NCBI GenBank assembly: GCA_951406725.2
Contig: OX597842.1
Location: forward strand, 23,870,001-23,934,000
DNA: 64,000 nucleotides
Direction: 5' to 3'
From: Octopus vulgaris
Taxonomy: Eukaryota
The notes beneath the pieces are model-generated. The model saw nothing but the letters and a program-made list of their open reading frames with translations, did no database searches and was not told where the DNA came from. The position numbers and the translations under genes were made by a program. Each line of letters opens with the position of its first letter. Position 1 is the stretch's first letter. Shown here piece after piece: positions 44,385 to 57,065 of this stretch.

Positions 44385-46870
44385 TAGCGGTTCAGCAAAA
44401 GAGACCAATAGAATAAGTACTGGGCTTACAAAAGAATAAGTCCCGGGGTCGATTTGCTCGACTAAAGGCGATGCTCCAGGCATGGCCGCAGTCAAATGAC
44501 TGAAACAAGTAAAAGAGTAAACTTAGTAGTTAGGCAAAAAAAGACCGATAGAATAAGTACTGGGCTTACAAAAGAATAATCCCGGGGTCGATTTGCTCGT
44601 CTAAAGGCGATGCTCCAGCATGGCCGCAGTCAAATGGCTGAAACAAGTAAAAAGAGTAAACTTAGCGGTTCGGCAAAAAGAGACCGATAGAATAAGTACT
44701 GGGCTTACAAAGAATAAGTCCCGGGGTCGATTTGCTCGTCTAAAGGCGGTGCTCCAGCATGGCCACAGTCAAATGACTGAAACAAGTAAAAGAGCAAACT
44801 TAGCGGTTCGGCAAAAAGAGACCGATAGAATAAGTACTGGGCTTACAAAAGAATAAGTCCCGGGGTCGATTTGCTCGACTAAAGGCGATGCTCCAGCATG
44901 GCCGCAGTCAAATGACTGAAACAAGTAAAAGAGTAAACTTAGCGGTTCGGCAAAAAGAGACCGATAGAATAAGTACTGGGCTTACAAAAGAATAAGTCCC
45001 GGGGTCGATTTGCTCGACTAAAGGCGATGCTCCAGCATGGCCGCAGTCAAATGACTGAAACAAGTAAAAGAGTAAACTTAGTAGTTCGGCAAAAAGAGAC
45101 CGATAGAATAAGTACTGGGCTTACAAAAGAATAAGTCCCGGGGTCGATTTGCTCGTCTAAAGGCGGTGCTCCAGCATGGCCACAGTCAAATGACTGAAAC
45201 AAGTAAAAGAGCAAACTTAGCGGTTCGGCAAAAAGAGACCGATAGAATAAGTACTGGGCTTACAAAAGAATAAGTCCCGGGGTCGATTTGCTCGACTAAA
45301 GGCGATGCTCCAGCATGGCCGCAGTCAAATGACTGAAACAAGTAAAAGAGTAAACTTAGCGGTTCGGCAAAAAGAGACCGATAGAATAAGTACTGGGCTT
45401 ACAAAAGAATAAGTCCCGGGGTCGATTTGCTCGACTAAAGGCGATGCTCCAGCATGGCCGCAGTCAAATGACTGAAACAAGTAAAAGAGTAAACTTAGTA
45501 GTTCGGCAAAAAGAGACCGATAGAATAAGTACTGGGCTTACAAAAGAATAAGTCCCGGGGTCGATTTGCTCGACTAAAGGCGGTGCTCCAGCATGGCCGC
45601 AGCCAAATGACTGAAACAAGTAAAAGAGTAAACTTAGTAGTTCGGCAAAAAGAGACCGATAGAATAAGTACTGGGCTTACAAAAGAATAAGTCCCGGGGT
45701 CGATTTGCTCGACTAAAGGCGATGCTCCAGCATGGCCGCAGTCAAATGACTGAAACAAGTAAAAGAGTAAACTTAGTAGTTCGGCAAAAAGAGACCGATA
45801 GAATAAGTACTGGGCTTACAAAGAATAAGTCCCGGGGTCGATTTGCTCGTCTAAAGGCGGTGCTCCAGCATGGCCACAGTCAAATGACTGAAACAAGTAA
45901 AAGAGTAAACTTAGTAGTTCGGCAAAAAGAGACCGATAGAATAAGTACTGGGCTTACAAAAGAATAAGTCCCGGGGTCGATTTGCTCGACTAAAGGCGGT
46001 GCTCCAGCATGGCCGCAGTCAAATGACTGAAACAAGTAAAAGAGTAAACTTAGTAGTTCGGCAAAAAGAGACCGATAGAATAAGTACTGGGCTTACAAAA
46101 GAATAAGTCCCGGGGTCGATTTGCTCGACTAAAGGCGATGCTCCAGCATGGCCGCAGTCAAATGACTGAAACAAGTAAAAGAGTAAACTTAGTAGTTCGG
46201 CAAAAAGAGACCGATAGAATAAGTACTGGGCTTACAAAGAATAAGTCCCGGGGTCGATTTGCTCGTCTAAAGGCGGTGCTCCAGCATGGCCACAGTCAAA
46301 TGACTGAAACAAGTAAAAGAGTAAACTTAGTAGTTCGGCAAAAAGAGACCGATAGAATAAGTACTGGGCTTACAAAAGAATAAGTCCCGGGGTCGATTTG
46401 CTCGACTAAAGGCGATGCTCCAGCATGGCCGCAGTCAAATGACTGAAACAAGTAAAAGAGTAAACTTAGTAGTTCGGCAAAAAGAGACCGATAGAATAAG
46501 TACTGGGCTTACAAAGAATAAGTCCCGGGGTCGATTTGCTCGTCTAAAGGAGGTGCTCCAGCATGGCCACAGTCAAATGACTGAAACAAGTAAAAGAGTA
46601 AACTTAGTAGTTCGGCAAAAAGAGACCGATAGAATAAGTACTGGGCTTACAAAAGAATAAGTCCCGGGGTCGATTTGCTCGACTAAAGGCGATGCTCCAG
46701 CATGGCCGCAGTCAAATGACTGAAACAAGTAAAAGAGTAAACTTAGTAGTTCGGCAAAAAGAGACCGATAGAATAAGTACTGGGCTTACAAAAGAATAAG
46801 TCCCGGGGTCGATTTGCTCGACTAAAGGCGATGCTCCAGCATGGCCGCAGTCAAATGACTGAAGCAAGTA
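44385..46870 (+). repeat. Satellite-like array of ~18 x 138-139-bp units derived from the SINE-A 3' half
   Basis: Unit cttagYRgttcggcaaaaagagaccgatagaataagtactgggcttacaaaagaataagtcccggggtcgatttgctcg...gactgaaacaagtaaaagagtaaa follows a single SINE head at 44118. Confidence 0.95.
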
Positions 46871-47870
46871 AGAGAGAAAGAGAAAAGAGAGAAAGAGAAA
46901 ATAATAATCATTTTTCCTTGGGTCCAAACCGGGACTTAAAATTGACAAGATATATAATTCATGGAAAGCATGGTTACTTTAGTGCATAAAATATTTATAC
47001 CAAAATGATTTTTGGAAAGAGAGAAAATATACTTATGACAAAAACACATCAGTATCGATTTTATATCGATTGGATCCAAGGTCTCTTTACTCTCTCTTTT
47101 ACTTGTTTCAGTCATTTGACTGCGGCCACTCTGGAGCACAGCCTTTAATCAAGCAACTTGACCCCGGGACTTATTCTTTGTAAGCCCAGTACTTATTCTC
47201 TCAGTCTGTTTTGCCGAACCGCTAAGTTTACTCTTTTTACTTGTTTCAGCCACTTGACTGCGGCCATGCTGGAGCACCGCCTTTAATCGAGCAACTTGAC
47301 CCCGGGATTTATTCTTTTGTAAGCCCAGTACTTCTTCTATCGGTCTCTTTTTGCCGAACCGCTAAGTTTACTCTTTTACTTGTTTCAGTCATTTGACACT
47401 GGTCATGCTGGAGCACCGCCTTTAATCGAGCAAATCGGCCCCAGGACTTATTCTTTGTAAGCCTAGTACTTATTCTATCAGTCTCTATTGCCGAACCACT
47501 AAGTTACGGGGACATAAACACACCAGCATCGGTTGTCAAGCAATGTTAGGGGGACAAACACAGACACAAACACACACATATATATATACATATATACAAC
47601 AGGCTTCTTTCAGTTTTCGTCTACCAAATCCACTCACAAGGCTTTGGTTGGCCCGAGGATATTGTAGAAGACACATGCCCAAGGTGCCACGCAGTGGGAC
47701 TGAACCCGGAACCATGTGGTTGGTAAACAAGCTACTTACCACACAGCCACTACTTTTTTTTTTTTTTTGCAAACAGCAGCGGGAAATTATTAATATTTCC
47801 AATTTATTCCTTCAAAATAAATTAAACAGTTTTCTTTTCTTAAATTAAAGAGCCTTTTTCCTATCCTTAA

Positions 47871-48091
47871 CCCTTTAGCATTTAAACTGGCCATATCCGG
47901 CCAAAAGTATTCTGCCTGTTTTATGTTCAAACTGGCCATATCTGGTCTCTCACACCAACCCTACAATATCATCTTAAAAATTAACAGCTACCTCATCAAA
48001 ATCTCATAGCTACAAGATAATGCATGATTAATTTAAAACAATGTGGATGAAGAAGCATTAATTTTGGCAGAATAATGCGAACACTGAAGGG
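47871..48091. mobile_element. piggyBac-like MITE with TTAA TSD
   Basis: ttaa|cccttta...tgaaggg|ttaa. The paralogous empty site cctatccttaatatttatccc is at ~40766-40786. Confidence 0.9.
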
Positions 48092-48141
48092 TTAATATTC
48101 ATCCCGTTTTGGGAGTTTGTCAAAGGTGTGTCAGATTATTC

Positions 48142-49131
48142 TGTGGACATATTTACAAAGTAAGAAAACAGCACAGCTCCCATGACTTTCGGAAACATTT
48201 TTTCACGCTGAGAGTCGCTGAAACATGGAACAAACTGCCGGCATCATTTGTTAGTTGTCAGAGAACTGCATCCTTCAAGACTTCCATGCTTCCTGAGATT
48301 CGCCAACACTACACCTGATCTTTCTCCCCTCCATACACACACACAAGCATGTTCACTTTCCAGACATTTCTACATTACTGCATGTACTTTATATGCACTT
48401 TCTGACAAGTTGTGGTGCACCTGAGCACTGTATACAATAATTTCATTATTATTATTATTTAAAAACTCCACCCGTCTAACACCCATGGACATGTTTACAA
48501 AGTCAGAAAACAGCACAGCTCCCATGACTTTAGGAAACATTTTTTCACGCTAAGAGTTGCTGAAACATGGAACAAACTGCCAGCATCAGCTGTTAGTTGT
48601 CGGAGCACTGCATCCTTCAAAACTTCCATGCTTCCTGAGATTCGCCAACACTACACCTGATTTTCTCCCCTCCATACACACACAAGCATGTATCTGACTC
48701 ATACACTGTTCACTTTCCAGACATTTGTACATTACTGCATATGCTTTATACGCACTCTTGACAAGTTGTGGTGCACCTGAGCACTGTATACAACAATCTC
48801 ATTATTATTATTATTTAAAAACTTCACCTGTCTAACACCTGTGCACATGTTTACAAAGTCAGAAAACAGCATGACTTTCGGAAACATTTTTTCACAGAGT
48901 TGCTGAAGCATGGAACAAACTGCCAGCATCAGCTGTTAGTTGTCGGAGCACTGCATCCTTCAAGACTTCCATGCTTCCTGAGATTCGCTAACACTACACC
49001 TGATCTTTCTCCCCTCCATACACACACAAGCATGTTCACTTTCCAGACATTTCTACATTACTGCATGTACTTTATATGCACTTTCTGACAAGTTGTGGTG
49101 CACCTGAGCACTGTATACAATAATTTCATTA
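48142..49131 (+). mobile_element. Three tandem 3' ends of a CR1/L2-clade LINE, each ending in an ATT-rich tail
   Basis: GHIYKVRKQHSSHDFRKHFFTLRVAETWNKLP motif. Units ~48142-48458, 48460-48813 and 48815-49131. Confidence 0.85.
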
Positions 49132-49479
49132 TATATTATATATTTTGATGGGTAAACAACATTTTTTTGGAAAGATAGAAAATATATTTATGACAAACAA
49201 ATCAGTATTGATTTTATAATTATTAAACTCAAGGTCCTTTTTGCAAACAGCAGTCGGATATTCATTAATAATTCAAATTTATTCCTACAAAACTAATTAA
49301 GCAGTTTATGCATTGGTGTTTCAAAGAATACTCGGATATTCCTTGTCTGAACTTGTTAATTTTCTTGAATCAATGATCTTTTTTTGTTCACCTTAAGATT
49401 CATTCTGTCTGGGAGTTTATCGATGACGTGTCAGCTTTATCGTTTCGATCGGTAAATGACATTTCGTGAAGTTAAGTGT

Positions 49480-50100
<621 letters not shown>

Positions 50101-50198
50101 TACTTAAACCTTCCTTGAATGGGTCTTTTACATGCCGAACTCTACTTGGTGAAATTAATGATTATTTCTAAATTAATTAATTTCACCCTTCATTATTG

Positions 50199-50255
<57 letters not shown>

Positions 50256-50476
50256 ATTTATAAGTATAAATTATTAATTTAAATAATTTTTTGAATTTTA
50301 ACTTTAAATTTAAATAGTTTAAATTTTGAATTTAATTTTTATATATTTTTTATTAATTAATTTTATTTCTATGTATTGGTTTATGTTTTTCACTGTTTGA
50401 TTTGCCTAATAGTGGTTTTTTTCTAATTTAATATATATATTTATACTATAAATTGACATATCGGTTCCATTCTAGC

Positions 50477-50524
50477 AAAAACTGTCCGATGAACGGCAAC
50501 AGGAAACTCAGAGTAACAGGTTTT
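50477..50524 (+). ncRNA. Degenerate type I hammerhead ribozyme motif
   Basis: aaaaactgt-CCGATGA-acggcaacag-GAAA-CTCAGAG-TA-acaggtttt. Stem I ctgt/acag. The core has C in place of U4 and stem II is poor. Confidence 0.45.
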
Positions 50525-50620
50525 GTTGAATTTTCTGCTGCTTTAAATAAAGCATATTACTCTACCACTGGTATTTGAGTACTCTTTTTCCACCTTGTTT
50601 CACATTTATCTGTTTACTCC

Positions 50621-50655
<35 letters not shown>

Positions 50656-50792
50656 TGAAATAGAAAGATGAATAATCTTGTTGCAGATTAATCAAAAGCT
50701 TAGTCTGGCCATGGGCTCTTAGGAGCCTCGTTCGATTTGTTTTGCTCCGCCTCTGTTCTGTTTTTGTTTTTTTCCAACGGATTTCCTATTTC

Positions 50793-50872
50793 TTCCTGAA
50801 GAGAAAGACACAATATGGTCTCCTTATTCAATCGGAATTTGGTAAATTGTGCCTTTCGAAACACGTGTAGAA
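50793..50872 (+). ncRNA. Type I hammerhead ribozyme (Penelope-type)
   Basis: ttc-CTGAAGA(50796-50802); stem II gaaagacacaat/attgtgcctttc (11 of 12 pairs); GAAA(50858-50861)-CACGTG-TA-gaa. Stem III is the palindrome ACACGTGT. Confidence 0.75.
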
Positions 50873-50929
50873 TGCAATAAAACGATTTCTGTTCAATCTT
50901 CGTTCAACTCCATTTCTTCAATTCACTAA

Positions 50930-50968
<39 letters not shown>

Positions 50969-51282
50969 TAATAAATGCGCCCTTTTTAAAGCCTAGCTAG
51001 GCTCATGGGCCTGGTTTCCCGGTTTGTTCCTTCTCGAGCCATGCCTGGCTCATAAGGGCCGGTTTCCCGGTTTCCGTGGCATATAGGTTCCCCACCTGGA
51101 CGGGACACCCGTCCGTCGCAGGAGGAAAGAGTGAGAGAAAGTTGTGGCAAAAGAGTCAGCAGAAGTTTCGTCATTACCTTCTGCCGGAGCCGCGTGGAGC
51201 TTAGATGTTTCGCTCATAAACACACACATCGCTCGGTCTGAGATTCGAACCCGCAATCCTCGACCGCAAGTCTAACCACTAG

Positions 51283-51338
<56 letters not shown>

Positions 51339-51456
51339 GTGAATTGAAGAAATGGAGCTGAACGCAGATTGAACAGAAATCGTTTTATTTGCTACTAAGG
51401 TATCGGTTAAACTTTTGATTAATCTACTACAAGATTATTCATCTTTCTATTTCACA

Positions 51457-51905
<449 letters not shown>

Positions 51906-52159
51906 CAACATTTACTTGAAACCATGGCTTCATTCCATAACAACCATAACTCTCTTCTTGTACACATTGACCGCACCTCTTTCGAGGGCATTAAGTATAT
52001 TTTTTCCAGCGCAAAATTAAAAAGTCAATTAAAAAAAGTCGATACATTGCAAAGTTAAGATGAAATTATTTTGTTCACCAAGCGTGTAAATGCAGGCCGC
52101 TTGTTTCGATTGGTTTATTTGCAAAGATCAATGGACAGAAGTAGTCATTGTTTGAAAAA

Positions 52160-52335
52160 CTGACGCAGCTGAGCAGTGTGGGAAGCTGATATTTTATTTA
52201 TCATCTTCAAAAGAGAAGCGACAATATAAGACCTCGAATTTAAGAAAGTGTTTAAGAAAAGCGAAATAACCTGAAAACAACTTCCAGAGTTAAAGGAAAG
52301 GAAAGTTCCGGATGCACACCTATCTTTATAAAGGC
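52160..52335 (+). promoter_or_regulatory. Candidate promoter: CRE/AP-1-like, CSL/RBPJ, IRF-E-like, kappaB-like and TATA motifs
   Basis: TGACGCA 52161; TGTGGGAA 52177-52184; GAAAAGCGAAA 52256-52266; GGAAAGTTCC 52300-52309; TATAAAG 52327-52333. Confidence 0.35.
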
Positions 52336-52596
52336 TGGAAAAATCTAGGGATATTGTTTTAAGGACATATCATCATTTGGAAGCCAACGCAAAAGGAAAT
52401 CAACTGTGAAATATCCTAAGTTTTTTCTTGAATTGTTAGAACGAAAAGAACAGAAATAAATAAAAGAAAACCTGGTTATTGAAACTAGGGAAAAAGGGAC
52501 ATTAAAAAGGCAGAAGGTATCGTTTCCAGTGACACACGTCTGATTTGGTCTATTTTCAACTAAAAGCAAAGTTTACTTTACAACTCTGAAACAGTC

Positions 52597-52609
52597 ATGA
52601 ATCTTAAAG
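52597..52609 (+). CDS. Candidate first coding micro-segment (MNLK-G) of the secreted protein gene at 63696+
   Basis: gtcATGAATCTTAAAG|GTGAGT is a consensus donor. A phase-1 splice to 63696 gives MNLKGKETSIHYRLMIILLP in frame. Confidence 0.45.
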
Positions 52610-52793
52610 GTGAGTGAATTAACGATATTAGGAATGAAAAGAGAGATAATTACTGAAATTGCTTTTTATAATTCTATGATATAAAATACTGTAGCTGACT
52701 TGTGCTTTCATTACACTCGGTTTACCATTATTATTTCCCCATTTTCATAGAGAATGGAAAGGATGGGAGATGGATTTGTAGAAGGATCGACTG

Positions 52794-52905
<112 letters not shown>

Positions 52906-53101
52906 CATATATATATGTATATATACCAATTATATACATTTTTATTATTTTATTATTTCTATTATTTTTATTATTTTTATTTTTTTTTTGCAATTTACTT
53001 AATCATTGACATTTTACTGTTATTTTAATTTTAATATTTCTATTATATGTAATTTTCTAGATGGTGTAATTTAACTGTTCATTTTGAATTGATAAAAGGT
53101 G

Positions 53102-53159
<58 letters not shown>

Positions 53160-53168
<9 letters not shown>

Positions 53169-53361
53169 AACTTATAAATAAGGGCAAACGAAAAAATTTC
53201 TAATGCCAAATATGCCGAAAATTGGACATATTGTCCATTACCATATAATTTATTAGAATGCGTATTGTGATAAATTATATGGTAAATGGACAATATGTCC
53301 AATTTTTGGCATATTTGGCATTAGAAATTTTTTAGTTTGCCCTTATTTATAAGTTGTTTAT
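53160..53361. repeat. Inverted repeat, ~90-bp arms, abutting (TA)n
   Basis: ataaacaacttataaataagggcaaac... pairs with ...gtttgcccttatttataagttgtttat. Confidence 0.9.
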
Positions 53362-53442
53362 AATTTTAACCTTTAAAGTTATTTTTTGATATGTTGGCCA
53401 TTGATAAAATTTTTTATTTTCGAAAAAAATTTTATCCTACAT

Positions 53443-53491
<49 letters not shown>

Positions 53492-53634
53492 GTATTGATT
53501 AAGTCTTTCCTTGTTTGTTTTGCAAAGTAGTGGTTTTGTCTTGAATTATATTATATAATATTTTACAATAGAATTGGATTTAATCCTAAATCTGATTTTT
53601 CCCTGTAAATTTGGATTTATTCCCTAATATTTAT

Positions 53635-53677
<43 letters not shown>

Positions 53678-53853
53678 TATACATATATATATATATACAT
53701 ATATATATATACATATATATACATATATATATACATATATATATATACATATATATATATACATATATCAATAAAAAGGGTAGAATTAATTAATTATTAA
53801 TTAATTCGACTGAGCAGTGTTCGGTATGTAAAAAGACCATTTATGGTATATTT

Positions 53854-54230
53854 GAAATATTACTTTATAAAAATAGGGTAAAGTAAAATAATTTACTTTA
53901 CCACACCAAAGCTTTTTAGAAATAGCAGCAAAAATTTGGCTATTTCTTCTACTGCAAGAAAAGTCTCCCAGACAATGCATACTCATAAATAACTCGCATA
54001 GGTATAAGGGAAAAACAACGAAAGATCACATCCATATGAGATACCAGAGATCTTTTGGGGTTTTTTTTCCCTTATACTTATGCGAGTTATTTCTGAGTAT
54101 GCATTGTCTGGGAGACTTTTTCTTGCAGTAGAAGAAATAGCCAAATTTTTGGCTGCTATTTCTAAAAAGCTTGGTGTGTGGTAAAGTAAAGTAAATTATT
54201 TTATTTTACCCTATTTTTATAAAGTAATAT
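53854..54230. repeat. Inverted repeat, ~165-bp arms, abutting (TA)n
   Basis: aatattactttataaaaatagggtaaa...ataagggaaaaa pairs with tttttcccttat...tttaccctatttttataaagtaatatt. Confidence 0.9.
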
Positions 54231-54240
54231 TTTTATAAAG

Positions 54241-54284
<44 letters not shown>

Positions 54285-54289
<5 letters not shown>

Positions 54290-54653
54290 GGTTACGACGA
54301 CGAGGGTTCCGGTTGATCCGATCAACGGAACAGCCTGCTCGTGAAACTAACGTGTAAGTGGCTGAGCACTCCACAGACACGTGTACCCTTAACGTAGTTC
54401 TCGAGGATATTCAGCGTGACACAGAGAGTGACAAGGCCGGCCCTTTGAAATACAGGTACAACAGAAACAGGAAGTAAGAGTGAGAGAAAGTTGTGGTGAA
54501 AGAGTACAGCAGGGATCACCACCATCCCTGCCGGAGCCTCGTGGAGCTTTAGGTGTTTTCGCTCAATAAACACTCACAACGCCCGGTCTGGGAATCGAAA
54601 CCGCGATCCTGCGACCGCGAGTCCGCTGCCCTAACCACTGGGCCATTGCGCCT

Positions 54654-54656
<3 letters not shown>
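54285..54656 (-). mobile_element. tRNA-derived SINE family B inserted in (TA)n; related copies at 40915-41190(+), 38447-38725(+), 50975-51285(-)
   Basis: Minus-strand head tggaggcgcaatggcccagtggttagggcagcggactcgcggtcgcaggatcgcggtttcgattccc with A and B boxes. Confidence 0.85.
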
Positions 54657-54687
<31 letters not shown>

Positions 54688-54690
54688 ATT

Positions 54691-54869
54691 AAGGACTGAA
54701 CACGAAAAGTGGACAGTCAACATGCTAGATATAGACATCAAATCGCCATTCTCCACAAAAGATTATGTTGATGTTGAGTTTGATCTGAGAACATAATCTT
54801 TTGTGGAGAATGGCGATTTGACGTCTATATCTAGCATGTTGACTGTCCACTTTTTCGTGTTCAGTCCTT
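54691..54869. repeat. Inverted repeat, ~80-bp arms, abutting (TA)n
   Basis: aaggactgaacacgaaaagtggacagtcaacatgctag... pairs with ...ctagcatgttgactgtccactttttcgtgttcagtcctt. Confidence 0.9.
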
Positions 54870-55053
54870 GGCGTGTTGAGACCCGAAGAAAATAGCCTGC
54901 AGCTAATAATTAGCAGCAGTCAATTTATCGGTTAGAGAACATATTTATTTTTTTATAAAATTAATTAAGGGTAGAAATCAATATTTATCAATTAAAACCA
55001 GTGGTCTAGCATATTAAAAAAGAATCCGAAGATTAAATATTTATATATACCAA

Positions 55054-55566
55054 CTAGCAGTATTGCCCGGCGTTGCTCGGGTTTGTAAGGGAAATAACTA
55101 TATAAGCATTTTTAGAGAGTTACTTCCCTTATAGATGCCAATTCGGGCTTTCTTAGCCATTTCTGTTTTGGTGTCTTCAAGCCATGAAGTCGTTGTTCTA
55201 AAAGAACGCTGGTCTCCTTGACAACACTTTACGACGTTGATTTCCTTACACTCCCTTCCCCACAGCTTCACAAGGGAGGGAAGAAGGGGGAGAAGCAAAC
55301 AGGTGCAGGTGTGACCATGGACACCAACTCCGCCGCCATCGACAAACGAAAAATTATGCATTAAAATGGAATAAAAAATGATGTTAAATTATTTTTAAAA
55401 TCGTAGACTCATCGTTGACGCGCGCTAATAGCCAGACGGGCTTGATATGAATTACGACTATAAGATACCCGAATTTAGTTAAACTGCACCGCAAAATGTG
55501 GGAGTAGTTAGGAATTTAAATCGAAGGGGACAGACACTCACACAACTACAGTTTTATATATATAGA
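55054..55566 (-). mobile_element. Non-autonomous Helitron
   Basis: Minus strand: A|TCTATATATATAAAACTG... with tgtctgtc near the 5' end; 3' GC-rich hairpin cccgagcaacgccggg, then atactgCTAG|T. Confidence 0.75.
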
Positions 55567-55659
55567 TATATATATATCCTATTTCCAAAGAGGATGGAAA
55601 GGATGGAGTTGAATTTGTAGAAATCATGGATCGACTGATGAAATATTTTTAGTATTCAC

Positions 55660-56095
55660 TCACGTAAAAGCACCATCCGTTTCGTGTCCGTTTGCCAGCT
55701 CTCGCTGGCCCCCGTGCCGGTGACACGTAAAAGCACCATCCGTTCGTGGCCATTTGCCAGCTCTGTCTGGTCCCCTGTGTTGGTGGCACGTAAAAGCACC
55801 ATCCGTTCGTGTCCGTTGCCAGCCTCGCCTGGCCCCCGTGCTGGTGACACGTAACAGCACCATCCGTTTCGTGGCCATTTGCCAGCTCTATCTGGCCCCG
55901 TGTTGGTGACACGTAAAAAGCACCCACTACACTCACGGAGTGGTTGGCGTTAGGAAGGGCATCCAGCCATAGAAACACTGCCAGATCTGACTGGGCCTGA
56001 TGAAGCCTTCCAGCTTCACAGACCCCAGTTGAACCGTCCAACCCATGCTAGCATGGAAAACGGACGCTAAATGATGATGATGATGATGATGATGA
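55660..56095 (+). mobile_element. Retroposon with ~4 internal ~62-bp tandem repeats and a (GAT)n tail
   Basis: Unit cacgtaaaagcaccatccgttcgtg..gccagc..tggcccc..ggtg. Tail ggaaaacggacgctaaatgatgatgat. Confidence 0.75.
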
Positions 56096-56423
56096 ATCTT
56101 TCCGTTGTGATTTTCGAATCCCACCGTTTATTGTTCCTCTATTCGTTTTTATTGAGATGAAAAGACTTTTGATTACGAGTAAAAATGTATAATTGTATAA
56201 ATGTAAGCATACAAATATGTTTATACGTGTGCATACATGTATATATGTATGTATATATATCATCATCATCATCATCATCATTTAACGTCCGCTTTCCATG
56301 CTAGCATGGGTTGGACGGTTCAACTGGGGTCTGGGAAGCCCGAAGGCTGCACCAGGCCAGTCAGATCTGGCAGTGTTTCTACAGCTGGATACCCTTCCTA
56401 ACGCCAAAAGCAAAATACCCAAT

Positions 56424-56505
56424 CGTCGCCGATAGGATTCGAACCTATGCAGGGAGACCCCAATGGATTTCTAGTCCATCGCCTTAACCACTCGGCCACG
56501 ACGAT
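56424..56505 (-). tRNA. tRNA-Ser(AGA), near intact (position 1 is A rather than G)
   Basis: ATCGTCGTGGCCGAGTGGTTAAGGCGATGGACTAGAAATCCATTGGGGTCTCCCTGCATAGGTTCGAATCCTATCGGCGACG, 82 nt. Long variable arm, G discriminator, downstream T4 runs. Confidence 0.85.
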
Positions 56506-56639
56506 ATATATATATATTCAACAATATAAAGAATGGCCATATAGGACATTCGACTCACTAGAAAGAGCAGCCAAACTCAAACCGCTAAATAGTTGTAATT
56601 CTGAAATAGAAAGAGAAATAAAAACGTTTACCCCTTTCA

Positions 56640-56734
56640 TCTCTGGACTATGCATAGTTTCGGCAAACTTAGGCAAATAAATTAATTAAATTAAATTAAA
56701 TTCATTTATATCTGGCATTCCTCGTCAGCAGAGA
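56640..56734 (-). ncRNA. Type I hammerhead ribozyme (antisense copy)
   Basis: Reverse complement of the 56971-57065 motif with the core intact (tcgtcag at 56722-56728; gactatgcatagtttc). Confidence 0.75.
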
Positions 56735-56970
56735 GCCTAGGACGAGTATATGTCCACGAGGCTATGGTAAAGAAGCCTATTTCTAGAATTTTTTGCTACC
56801 CTTATATATATTTATTAATTAATGATATTTTGGCTAATTTTGAAATTAAATCAGCAGTTTATATTTGCTGCTGAGTAGACCACGTGATTGCGGTAGAATT
56901 TTGAAAATTTAGAGCATATGGACTGGAGGCTTCTTTACCATAGCCTCGTGGACATATACTCATCCTAGGC

Positions 56971-57065
56971 TCTCTGCTGACGAGGAATGCCAGATGTAAA
57001 TGAATTTAATTTAATTTAATTAATTCATTTGCAAAAGTTTGCCGAAACTATGCATAGTCCAGAGA
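56971..57065 (+). ncRNA. Type I hammerhead ribozyme (Penelope-type) with extended stem II
   Basis: tctctg-CTGACGA(56977-56983)-gg...cc-GAAA(57044-57047)-CTATGCATAG-TC-cagaga. 6-bp stem I, palindrome ACTATGCATAGT, predicted cleavage after 57059. Confidence 0.8.

Noticed and set aside
44385-46870. CRISPR-like regular array
   Set aside because: Units are identical end to end with no unique spacers. No cas genes; eukaryotic SINE-derived sequence.
39646-47848. Many 60-160 aa ORFs (MLQHGRSQMTETSK..., MLGGQTQTH...)
   Set aside because: All are translations of SINE copies.
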